A stretch of 64,000 nucleotides of DNA, from positions 96,001 to 160,000 of the forward strand of contig CAWDXG010000004.1 in the NCBI GenBank assembly GCA_963806225.1. Reading direction: 5' to 3'. The notes below the pieces were generated by a model, which was given only the letters and a program-made list of their open reading frames with translations, did not search any database and had not been told where the DNA came from. The stretch comes from an uncultured delta proteobacterium (lineage in GTDB: Bacteria; Myxococcota_A; Polyangia; Polyangiales; Polyangiaceae). Made by a program: the position numbers and the translations under genes. This document shows, piece by piece, positions 56,225 through 64,000 of the stretch (positions are counted from its first letter, which is position 1; the number at the start of each line of letters is the position of its first letter).

Positions 56225-57663
56225 GCCTGTCGCTCCTGGAAGCCGCGCGGCAGGCCCCGCAGCGACCGGCAGTGATCCTCCACTCCCGCGTGATCGACTA
56301 CGCCGGGCTCGCGGAACGCATGCTCGTCGCCGTGGCGTGGCTCCGCAGACAGGGCGCGCCGTTCAACGGGGTGTCCAACGGGTCGGCGGCCCTTGTGGCC
56401 AGCGCGGACGTCGACACGCTCGCGATGATGCACGCCCTGACCGCACTCGGCGTGCCGTTCATTCCACTGCATCCCCGCCTCACGCCGCAGGAGCGGCGGG
56501 ACGTGATCGAGCAGACAGCGCCGGCAGTCGTGGTCGACACCCGCTGGAGCGACGCGGCGCACGCACTGGCACCGGCCGATCCCGACAGCGTCGTCGACGT
56601 GCCCGACGATGAGCGCCCGCTGGCGATACTGCACACGTCCGGGACCAGCGGGCGCCCGAAGGGCGTCGTGCTGCCGCGGCGTGCGTTCCTGGCGGCTGCG
56701 CGTGGGAGCGAGGAAAACCTCGGCTGGCGGCCGGACGACCGCTGGCTCCTGTGCCTACCGCTGGCGCACGTCGGGGGCCTGTCCATCGTGACCCGCTGTC
56801 TGCTCGGCCGCCGTTCGCTGGTGATGTTGCCGCCGGACACGCGCCTCGACGCCGGAAACCTCGCCGATGCCGTGGAGCGCGATCGCGTCACACTGATGTC
56901 GCTGGTACCGACGCTGCTCGACCGGCTGCTCGCGCTCGAAGGCTGGAACCTGCCGCGACATGTCCGCGCCATCCTGCTGGGAGGCGCGGCCGCGTCGCCC
57001 CGGTTGCTCGAGCGCGCCGCCGAGCGCGGCTACCCGGTGCTCACGACCTACGGTCTCACCGAGGCCTGCTCGCAGGTGAGCACGCAGCGCGTCGGGACGG
57101 TCAATACCGGCCAGCTCGGGGCCGGCCCACCGGTGGCCGGCGTCGAGGTTCGGATTGTCGACGGCATCGTGCAGGTGCGCGGGAAAAACCTCTTCTCGGG
57201 ATATCATCCGCCCGGCGATCCGCCGCTTGACGCGGAAGGCTGGCTGCCGACGGGCGATGCTGGCTTCCTCGACGAAGCGGGCAACCTGCATCTGCTGGGC
57301 CGGCGCGCCGATCTGATCGTCACCGGCGGCGAGAACGTGTATCCCGCCGAGGTCGAGGCGGCGCTCGAGCGCTGTGCGGGCATCGCTGAAGCGTGCGTGT
57401 TCGGCGTCGAGGACGAGCGTTGGGGGCAGATCGTGGCGGCCGCGCTGGTGCCAGCGTCCGGGGTGCGGGTCGACGTAGACGCACTCGCCGCCGCGCTACG
57501 CGGCGTGCTGGCACCGTTCAAACGCCCGCGGCGCGTGGCGTTGGTCGAAGCCCTGGCGCGCAGCGCTTCCGGCAAGCTCGATCGCCGCGCGACCGCAACG
57601 GCCGTCCAGGCACAGCTCGTGCCACTCCAGGCTAGCGCGGAGCCGTCGGGCGACCCAGGTTGA
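56221..57663 (+). CDS. menE: o-succinylbenzoate-CoA ligase
   Basis: HTSGTSGRPKG, LPLAHVGG, TYGLTE, TGD, GGENVYP and GKLDR motifs. Confidence 0.9.
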   Translation: MSLSLLEAARQAPQRPAVILHSRVIDYAGLAERMLVAVAWLRRQGAPFNGVSNGSAALVASADVDTLAMMHALTALGVPFIPLHPRLTPQERRDVIEQTAPAVVVDTRWSDAAHALAPADPDSVVDVPDDERPLAILHTSGTSGRPKGVVLPRRAFLAAARGSEENLGWRPDDRWLLCLPLAHVGGLSIVTRCLLGRRSLVMLPPDTRLDAGNLADAVERDRVTLMSLVPTLLDRLLALEGWNLPRHVRAILLGGAAASPRLLERAAERGYPVLTTYGLTEACSQVSTQRVGTVNTGQLGAGPPVAGVEVRIVDGIVQVRGKNLFSGYHPPGDPPLDAEGWLPTGDAGFLDEAGNLHLLGRRADLIVTGGENVYPAEVEAALERCAGIAEACVFGVEDERWGQIVAAALVPASGVRVDVDALAAALRGVLAPFKRPRRVALVEALARSASGKLDRRATATAVQAQLVPLQASAEPSGDPG

Positions 57664-57689
57664 GCGTTCATCCAGGAATTGGAGGCGTC

Positions 57690-59273
57690 GTGGAACAGCC
57701 GCAGCATTTCGACTTCATCATCGTCGGCTCGGGCTTCGGCGGCAGCGTGTCGGCGCTCAGGCTGTGCGAGAAGGGCTACCGGGTGCTGCTGCTCGAAAAG
57801 GGCCGTCGCTTCGCGCCGGAGGACTTTCCGGAGACCAACTGGGACCTCAGGCGCTGGCTGTGGATGCCCGGAGCCGGCATGCACGGCATCTTCAAGATGA
57901 GCTTCTTCCAGCATGTCACCATCTTCTCCGGAGTCGGTGTCGGCGGCGGCTCGCTCGTCTACGCGAACACGCTGCCTGTGCCGAAGCAGGAGTTCTTCGA
58001 GACCGGCTCGTGGGCAAAGCTTGCCGACTGGCGCGCAGAGCTCGGGCCGCACTACACCACGGCCCAGCGCATGCTGGGAGCGACCGCGAATCCGCGGCTG
58101 ATGCCCGGCGACGAGGTGCTGCGCGACATCGCGCGCGAGATGGGACGAGAGGATCAGTTCGGCCCCACGAACGTGGCGGTGTACTTCGGCAAACCGGGCA
58201 CGCGCGCGGCGGACCCCTACTTCGATGGACGCGGACCGGAACGCAGCGGGTGCATCTTCTGCGGGGCGTGCATGACCGGATGCCGCCACCGCGCCAAGAA
58301 CACACTGGACCTGAACTACCTCTACCTCGCCGAGCGCCTCGGGCTCGTTCTGCGCGCGGAGACGCTCGTCGAGGCCGTGCGGCCCAGGCCCGGCGGCGGC
58401 TATCGCGTCCAGGCCCGCGAGGGGCTCGGAATACGCAAACAGCGCCGCGACTTCACGGCGGATCGGGTGATCCTGAGCGGCGGCGTGCTGGGCACGGTCG
58501 AGCTGCTCCTGGCGATGCGCGACGAGCCGGACGGGCTGCCGCGACTGTCGTCGCGTACCGGCGAGCTGGTGCGGACCAACTCCGAGAGCCTGATGGCCGT
58601 GGTGACGCGCCGCCGCGATGTCGATCTGTCGCAGGGTGTTGCCATCGGCTCGATCCTCCATACCGACGACCATTCGCACCTGGAACCGGTGCGCTATGGC
58701 GCGGGTTCGGGCTTCTTCCGGCTGCTCACCGCGCCCCACACACCCTTCGCGACCACCAGCGAGCGGCTCTTGCATGCAGCCGGGATCCTGCTCCGCCACC
58801 CGGCGCGCATGTTGGGCGTGATGGCCGTTCCGGACTTCGCGCGCTACTCGCAGATCCTGCTCTACATGCGATCGCTCGAGGGCACGCTGGCGTTCCGGCG
58901 CGGGCGCGGTCTGCGCACCGGTTTCAAGCCGGGGCTGGAAACGTCACTCTCCGACGGCCCTGCTCCCGCAGCGTTCATCCCCGAAGCCACGGAACTCGCC
59001 GAGCGCTTCGCCAGGAAGATCGACGGCGTGCCGGTCAACATGGTCACCGAGACGCTGATGGGCGTGCCCTCCACGGCGCACATCCTCGGGGGCGCGTGCA
59101 TCGGCAGCGACGCCGACCAGGGCGTCATCGACGCGAACCACGAGGTGTTCGGCTATCCCGGCCTATACGTGATCGACGGCGCCGCCGTCAGCGCCAATCC
59201 CGGCGTCAATCCGTCGCTCACCATCACGGCCATGGCCGAGCGGGCGATGAGCCGTATCCCGGCGCGGCAGTAG
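57690..59273 (+). CDS. GMC oxidoreductase (cholesterol oxidase ChoD-like)
   Basis: GSGFGG, GVGGGSLVYAN, CIFCGACMTGC, TAHILGG and NPSLTITAMAER motifs; RBS GGAGG. Confidence 0.9.
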   Translation: MEQPQHFDFIIVGSGFGGSVSALRLCEKGYRVLLLEKGRRFAPEDFPETNWDLRRWLWMPGAGMHGIFKMSFFQHVTIFSGVGVGGGSLVYANTLPVPKQEFFETGSWAKLADWRAELGPHYTTAQRMLGATANPRLMPGDEVLRDIAREMGREDQFGPTNVAVYFGKPGTRAADPYFDGRGPERSGCIFCGACMTGCRHRAKNTLDLNYLYLAERLGLVLRAETLVEAVRPRPGGGYRVQAREGLGIRKQRRDFTADRVILSGGVLGTVELLLAMRDEPDGLPRLSSRTGELVRTNSESLMAVVTRRRDVDLSQGVAIGSILHTDDHSHLEPVRYGAGSGFFRLLTAPHTPFATTSERLLHAAGILLRHPARMLGVMAVPDFARYSQILLYMRSLEGTLAFRRGRGLRTGFKPGLETSLSDGPAPAAFIPEATELAERFARKIDGVPVNMVTETLMGVPSTAHILGGACIGSDADQGVIDANHEVFGYPGLYVIDGAAVSANPGVNPSLTITAMAERAMSRIPARQ

Positions 59274-59284
59274 CCGTCACGCCG

Positions 59285-60059
59285 TCAGTGGAAGTCCTGC
59301 ACGGCCCAGATGGAGCCGTTCGAACGTCTTGTAGAAGCCGCAAGCGACCTTGGTGTACTTCGTGCTCGACATGTTGATGTAGTGGCCGTGGGCCTGGAAG
59401 TCCGCACCGGGACCTTCGTTCCACATCTGCTGCAGACAGCTTCCGGTACCATCGGTGATCGAGCTCACGGACGGCCAGCCCGGGCATTCGTTCTGCGCCA
59501 TCTCGCCGCACTTGCCGAAGGCGCCATGTGCGGTTCCACTCTGGCTATCGCTCTTCGCCTGGCTGTCGGTGCACGGCTCGACGGTGCCGGTCCAGCGCGC
59601 GTAGGGCGCCAGCTTCAGCGTGGCGCGGAACGCGTTGATCCGGTCGACGCACTTCTGCCGTGCCGCCGCGTAGGGATCGCTGCTGGAGCTTCCTCCGGTC
59701 GAGGAGCTTCCTCCGGTCGAGGAGCTTCCTCCGGTCGAGGAGCTTCCTCCGGTCGAGGAGCTTCCTCCGGTCGAGGAGCTTCCTCCAGTCGAGGAGCTTC
59801 CTCCATTGCCCGTCCCGCAGGCGCTTCCGCACGCCTGCACCTTTCCGGTGTTGCACACGCAACGCGAATAACAACTGTTGCAGCTGCCGCAGTCGGGACT
59901 CGTCGTGCAGCCCGTCGCCCCCACGTTGCCTCCGCTCCCGCCCGACGAGGTTCCGGCTCCGCTTCCTCCGAACCCACCACCGCTCCCCGAGCCGGCGCTG
60001 CTGCAGGCGTTCGCGATGACCACTATTGCCGCTCCGGCAAGAAAGCTCGTAAGGCGCAT
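59285..60059 (-). CDS. CAP (SCP) domain lipoprotein with a Cys-rich module and Ser/Gly linker; probable frameshift near the 3' end
   Basis: Lipobox ANAC; CVDRINAFRA, AQNEC, MWNEGPG and GHYINM...KVACG motifs; removing one base gives the ending WAVQDFH*. Confidence 0.85.
59683..59804. repeat. 18-bp coding tandem repeat, about 6.8 copies (TGGSSS linker)
   Basis: GAGGAGCTTCCTCCGGTC head to tail with no spacers. Confidence 0.92.
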
Positions 60060-60202
60060 TTTGCCCTCCTCTATCCAGTGTATCCCATCCGTGCCCGCCC
60101 TGCCGGAGCAACCCGCGCCTTCGCACTCTTGACTACACCGTGCGGGGCAAGCCCCCGAGATTCCGTGCTTGCTCCGCCTGAACCTCGACTAGGCTCCGCC
60201 GC

Positions 60203-60949
60203 GTGAACGCTCGGCTGGTGTGGATCCTGGCGACCGGCTTCGCGCAGAGCTGCATCGCGCTGGTCGGAGCGGTGACGCTGCTCCTGCCCGAGCGTGGGCT
60301 CAAGCGCCTGCTGCTTCCACTCGTCGCGCTGTCCGCCGGAGCGTTGATGGGCGGCGCGCTGTTCCACATGCTGCCAGCCGGCGTCGAGCGCCTCCACGAC
60401 AGTGTCGTTCCGTACGTGTGGGTTGCGGTCGGCTTCGCCGCCTTCTTCTGTATCGAGCAGTTCCTACACTGGCATCACTGCCACCAGCCGACCCACGATC
60501 ACAAGCAACCGCTCTCGTACATGCTGCTCGTCGCTGGCGGCGTGCATCATCTACTCGCGGGGATCGCCGTCGGCGCCAGCTTCATGGTCGACATACGTCT
60601 GGGGATCGCCACCTGGCTTGCCGCCGCCGCGCACGAGGTTCCGCAGGAGCTCGGCGATTTCGGTGTCCTGGTCCACGCGGGCTTTTCGCCGCGCCGCGCG
60701 CTTGCCTACAATTTCCTGTCCGCCTTGACCTTCCCGATCGGGGCGCTGCTAGCGTACTTCACCGCGCGCCAGCTCAACGTCTCCTTCCTGCTACCGTTCG
60801 CAGCCGGCAACTTCCTGTACATCGGAGCGGTGGATCTGGTGCCGGAAGTGAACAAGCACCGCGGACTGGGCACTGGCGCGCTGCACTTCGCCTGCTTTGT
60901 CGCGGGGCTCGGCGCCCTGCTCGCGCTGGCCCTCGTGCTGCACCATTGA
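60203..60949 (+). CDS. ZIP family metal transporter
   Basis: LSAGALMGGALFHMLP, His-rich loop HWHHCH, HEVPQELGDF and AAGNFLYI motifs. Confidence 0.9.
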   Translation: MNARLVWILATGFAQSCIALVGAVTLLLPERGLKRLLLPLVALSAGALMGGALFHMLPAGVERLHDSVVPYVWVAVGFAAFFCIEQFLHWHHCHQPTHDHKQPLSYMLLVAGGVHHLLAGIAVGASFMVDIRLGIATWLAAAAHEVPQELGDFGVLVHAGFSPRRALAYNFLSALTFPIGALLAYFTARQLNVSFLLPFAAGNFLYIGAVDLVPEVNKHRGLGTGALHFACFVAGLGALLALALVLHH

Positions 60950-60997
60950 TCGAAGCCGGCCCGGTCGGAAAATCCGCGTCCACCCTTGTCTCGAGGC

Positions 60998-61013
60998 AGG
61001 CGCGGTGCTTGCA
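60998..61013 (+). promoter_or_regulatory. Candidate sigma-54 promoter of the HPF-like gene
   Basis: AGGCGCGGTGCTTGCA with exact GG/GC spacing. Confidence 0.5.
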
Positions 61014-61023
61014 TGGCAGCCCT

Positions 61024-61356
61024 ATGATGATCCCCATCCAGATCACCTTCCGGGATGTTCCCCATTCGACGGCCCTCGAGGATCTGGTCCGCGAGCGCGC
61101 GAGCAAGCTGGAAACCTTCAGCGATCGAATCGTCGGCTGCCGGGTGGCGCTCGAGACGCCCCACCGACACCATCACAACGGCAAGCAGTATTCCGTGCGT
61201 ATCGACCTGACGGTGCCGGGCGACGAGCTGGTCGTTAGCAGCGATGGCGAGGACATGTACGCCGCGGTCAACGAGGCCTTCCAGGACGCCCAACGCCGCC
61301 TCCGCAATCATTTCGAGCGTTTGCGCGCCCAGGCGCGCCACCCGCACGGCACATAG
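61024..61356 (+). CDS. Ribosome hibernation factor HPF/RaiA family protein
   Basis: IQITFR.V..S.ALE..V......L..F..RI..C.V...EDMYAAVNEAF..A.RRL. Confidence 0.88.
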   Translation: MMIPIQITFRDVPHSTALEDLVRERASKLETFSDRIVGCRVALETPHRHHHNGKQYSVRIDLTVPGDELVVSSDGEDMYAAVNEAFQDAQRRLRNHFERLRAQARHPHGT

Positions 61357-61370
61357 ATCACCGGAATCAT

Positions 61371-61391
61371 GACGTAATCAGCGATTACGTC
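61371..61391. terminator. Perfect 9-bp inverted repeat, terminator or operator
   Basis: GACGTAATC-AGC-GATTACGTC followed by CGGCCTTTT. Confidence 0.5.
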
Positions 61392-61435
61392 CGGCCTTTT
61401 CACCCTCCCCGCCACTCTGTGCTACCGCTGGGGCT

Positions 61436-62467
61436 ATGCGGCTGGCTGCATGGATCCTGACGGCCCTGGCGCTGATCCTTCTTACCCCCGCGAGCGCGCT
61501 TGCCGGGGGGCGGCGTACGCACGTCGTGGCCAAGGGTCAGACGCTCGGGATGATCGCGCATCGGTATCATGTCTCGATCGCGGCGATCTGCCACGCCAAC
61601 GGCCTCCGGCGGCGCGACCCGATCCGGCCCAAGCAGAAGCTGATCATCCCCTCGCCCGACGACGACGACGGAAGCAAGGCGGCGCGCGCCCGACGCGCTC
61701 ACGAGGCGCGCGAGGCGCACGAAGGTCACAGCGCAAAACTGCCCCACAGCTCGGGGCTCCACGTCCTCGACGTGCCGGGCGCTCCGCCCGCCTACTACTA
61801 CACGCCGATCGGTCGCGGGCGGCTGGGCCTGAGGCCCGTGATCATGTACCTGCATGGCCGCGGAGGTCATCCCGCCTCGGACTGCCAGCGCTGGGCCCCG
61901 GTCGCGCGGCGCCTCGGGTGGCTGGTCTGCCCGAGCGGTCAGGAAGACCGCGGCAACGGCGCGCGCGGCTGGAACAACAACTGGGCGGCGGGGCACAACG
62001 TCGTGATGGCGACGCTGGACGCGCTGCGCAAGAAGTACGGCCACCGCGTGCAGCTGTACGGGAACACGTTGATCGGCTTCAGCGAGGGCGCGTACGTGGC
62101 GATGAACGTCGGTGTGCGTGAACCGCGCGCGTTCAACCGCTGGCTGATCCTCGCTGCGGACAGCGACTACTGGGGCGCGGCCGGACTGGAAGCGCTACAG
62201 CACGGGCGGCACCGGCTGCGCCGCGTCTACCTCATCACCGGCCAGCACGACGGCGTCGCGGAGAGCACCCTGCAGGTGCGGCAGTGGCTTCGCAAGGCCG
62301 GCGTGCCCGTGCACATCTCCCGGCCGAAAGACATGGGGCACGAGGTCGAGCTGGAGCGCAAGCGGCCCATGTATCGTGCGGCGCTGGTGTGGCTCGCCCG
62401 CGGCAGCGCGCATCCGCGCCACCGCGTCGCCAAGCACAGCAAGCACCACAAGGGCCGCCACCGCTGA
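61436..62467 (+). CDS. Secreted LysM domain plus alpha/beta hydrolase (esterase-like)
   Basis: Signal peptide; LysM HVVAKGQTLGMIAHRY...IRPKQKLIIP; YLHG, GFSEG, G.HD and MGHE motifs. Confidence 0.85.
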   Translation: MRLAAWILTALALILLTPASALAGGRRTHVVAKGQTLGMIAHRYHVSIAAICHANGLRRRDPIRPKQKLIIPSPDDDDGSKAARARRAHEAREAHEGHSAKLPHSSGLHVLDVPGAPPAYYYTPIGRGRLGLRPVIMYLHGRGGHPASDCQRWAPVARRLGWLVCPSGQEDRGNGARGWNNNWAAGHNVVMATLDALRKKYGHRVQLYGNTLIGFSEGAYVAMNVGVREPRAFNRWLILAADSDYWGAAGLEALQHGRHRLRRVYLITGQHDGVAESTLQVRQWLRKAGVPVHISRPKDMGHEVELERKRPMYRAALVWLARGSAHPRHRVAKHSKHHKGRHR

Positions 62468-62469
62468 TC

Positions 62470-63375
62470 GTGCGGGCGCTCCGGCTATCCCGCGCCGCCC
62501 TGTTCCTCGTTGCGCTTCCGGTGGCGTGCCATCCGGCGCGGTCCGTGCCAGCGCCGGCCGCTGCCGCAACGACCCCATCCGCGCCGGCCGGCAGCAACGC
62601 CACCACAGACGCGGCGGCCGCTCCGCCCGCGCCGGTTGAGACCGCTCTATCGGCTTCGGCCTCCACGCCCCCGACGCCACCGCCCCCTCTGCCGAGCGAC
62701 GTGAACCCCGGAGTACCGGTCGTGCTGCCCGTGCCGGGCGACGCGGCGCTCAGGGTGATCCAGGGCGAGGCCGGCACACGCGAGGCGATCGTGTACCTGC
62801 CGGGCCTCTGCGGCGACATCACGGCCGTGGACTCCTGGGCGCACGCCGCGAGCCGGCATGGCACGCTCGTCGCCGTGAACGGCGACCTGCGCTGCCACGG
62901 CGGACGACGCTACCGCTGGAGCGGGAACATCGCGCGCATCCAGCGGCGCATCGATCGCGCGCTTGAAGTCGTCAGGACATCACGCGGCGGACAGCTCGGC
63001 ACCCGGCAGCTGACCTTGATCGGCTACTCGCAGGGCGCGACGCGCGCCCAGGCCCTGGCCGCCCGGTATCCCGAGCGCTATCCGCGTGTGCTGCTGGGCA
63101 GCCCGCCGGTCCGGCCTTCCGAGCGGAAGCTCTCGGGCGTCAAGGCCGTGGCCGTCGTCGGCGGCCAGCTCGAGCACAAGGCGAAGATGCGCGAAGGCGT
63201 GGCGGAGCTGCGCGATGCGGGCGAGCCCGTGCGCTTCCTCGTGCTGCCCTCCGCCGGTCACGGCCACTACGGACCAGACGCCGACCGCGTGATGGGGCAG
63301 GCGCTCGAGTTCCTGTTCCAGAGCGCCCCGCCGGACGCCCGGGCGCCGGTCAGTGCCAGGCCGCCGCAGCCTTGA
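62470..63375 (+). CDS. Alpha/beta hydrolase lipoprotein, apparent paralog of the preceding catalytic domain
   Basis: Lipobox PVAC, Pro/Ala linker, IVYLPG, GYSQG and AGHGH motifs. Confidence 0.8.
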   Translation: MRALRLSRAALFLVALPVACHPARSVPAPAAAATTPSAPAGSNATTDAAAAPPAPVETALSASASTPPTPPPPLPSDVNPGVPVVLPVPGDAALRVIQGEAGTREAIVYLPGLCGDITAVDSWAHAASRHGTLVAVNGDLRCHGGRRYRWSGNIARIQRRIDRALEVVRTSRGGQLGTRQLTLIGYSQGATRAQALAARYPERYPRVLLGSPPVRPSERKLSGVKAVAVVGGQLEHKAKMREGVAELRDAGEPVRFLVLPSAGHGHYGPDADRVMGQALEFLFQSAPPDARAPVSARPPQP

Positions 63376-63637
63376 TCGGATTGCCGGTCCGGTCGTGCGC
63401 GGCAACCAGCGTCTCGGCCTGCACGATGCAGGTCACGCAGCTGGCGAACTGCGAGCCGTGATCGCACGTGATCCAGGTCGCCGTGGCCGGCGGCCCCGTG
63501 AACTCGTCCGGATCGATGTGCCGCCCGCAGGCCACGCAGTGGATGTGGGCCTGCTGCTGCGACGGATTCGGTCCGGCCTTGTGGCCGGGGTCGAGCGCCT
63601 TCTTCTCGCGCTTCGTCAATCGCTTGGTACGCTTCAT
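63350..63637 (-). CDS. Small putative zinc-binding protein
   Basis: Basic N-terminus; HCVACG...CDH...SCVTC...HD; GC3-biased codons. Confidence 0.65.
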   Translation of the reverse strand: MKRTKRLTKREKKALDPGHKAGPNPSQQQAHIHCVACGRHIDPDEFTGPPATATWITCDHGSQFASCVTCIVQAETLVAAHDRTGNPIKAAAAWH

Positions 63638-63689
63638 CGGTCGCCCATCCCAGACGAAAAGCGCGCCCGACGCAAGCGCCTGGGCAGGC

Positions 63690-64000
63690 CTATCCGCCGC
63701 CGAGCTGCTCGTACAGCGTCCGCGCCAGCTCGTGGTCAGGGTTCTCGGTGAGGGCCTTCGAGACGAGGATCTTCGCCTTGCGCGGATCCCCCTGCTTCAT
63801 CGACAGCCGCCCGAGCTGGTAGTGCGCTTCGGCCTTGGCCTCGCTGGTGGCCCCCTCGGACGGATTGTCACCGGTCGGTCTCATCATCGTCACGGCGCGG
63901 AACGCTCGCATCGCGATGTCGTCGTCGTCGACGTCCAGCGCGAGCTGGCCGAGCTGGATCGCGACCGGGCCGTTTCTTGGATCCATCTCGAAAGCGCGTG
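63690..64000 (-). CDS. TPR-containing protein, C-terminal part (5'-truncated by the window edge)
   Basis: AFEMDPRNG...LGQLAL; AEAHYQLGRL....GD..KA...VSKAL.ENP TPR-like helices. Confidence 0.75.
   Translation of the reverse strand, partial: RAFEMDPRNGPVAIQLGQLALDVDDDDIAMRAFRAVTMMRPTGDNPSEGATSEAKAEAHYQLGRLSMKQGDPRKAKILVSKALTENPDHELARTLYEQLGGG

Noticed and set aside
59683..59804. Partly palindromic 18-bp repeats as a CRISPR array
   Set aside because: The repeats are contiguous with no spacers, lie in frame encoding a TGGSSS linker, and no cas genes are present.
1..64000. tRNA, rRNA, riboswitch, IS, integrase or prophage
   Set aside because: No recognisable cloverleaf, rRNA, transposase, integrase or phage motifs were seen by eye; a covariance-model scan would be needed to exclude small RNAs.

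Overview
High-GC bacterial DNA whose gene content (PEGA and TPR proteins, a Hanks-type kinase, many Cys-rich and Gly/Ser-linker lipoproteins, sigma-54 regulation) suggests Myxococcota, probably Polyangiales-like; the taxonomy is inference. Many genes carry 1-bp frameshifts, clustered at about 7.4, 10-17.8, 26.5-30.6, 46.7 and 59.3 kb; these are most likely long-read or assembly indel errors. Main content: (i) a MATE efflux gene behind a short leader ORF with an overlapping antiterminator/terminator pair; (ii) a sigma-54 two-component system divergent from a lone TolC; (iii) an Rrf2-led sulfur-carrier cysteine operon (cysK, moeB-like E1, cysO-like ubiquitin-fold carrier, a small RYxRQ protein, cysM, JAMM peptidase) in which the E1 appears split into a catalytic subunit and a separate arginine-finger subunit; (iv) a GluR0-like ligand-gated K+ channel upstream of a TPR protein and Ser/Thr kinase; (v) a UvrD helicase and CsgA-like SDR; (vi) an 11-subunit complex I (nuoABCDHIJKLMN, no nuoEFG in the window) downstream of fprA- and ccmH-like genes and divergent from a DAHP synthase plus menGFDHACE operon lacking menB; (vii) a GMC oxidase, CAP lipoprotein, ZIP transporter, HPF and a LysM-esterase/esterase pair. 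I could not support any tRNA, rRNA, CRISPR array or mobile element. Start codons were chosen by eye from RBS and overlap context.
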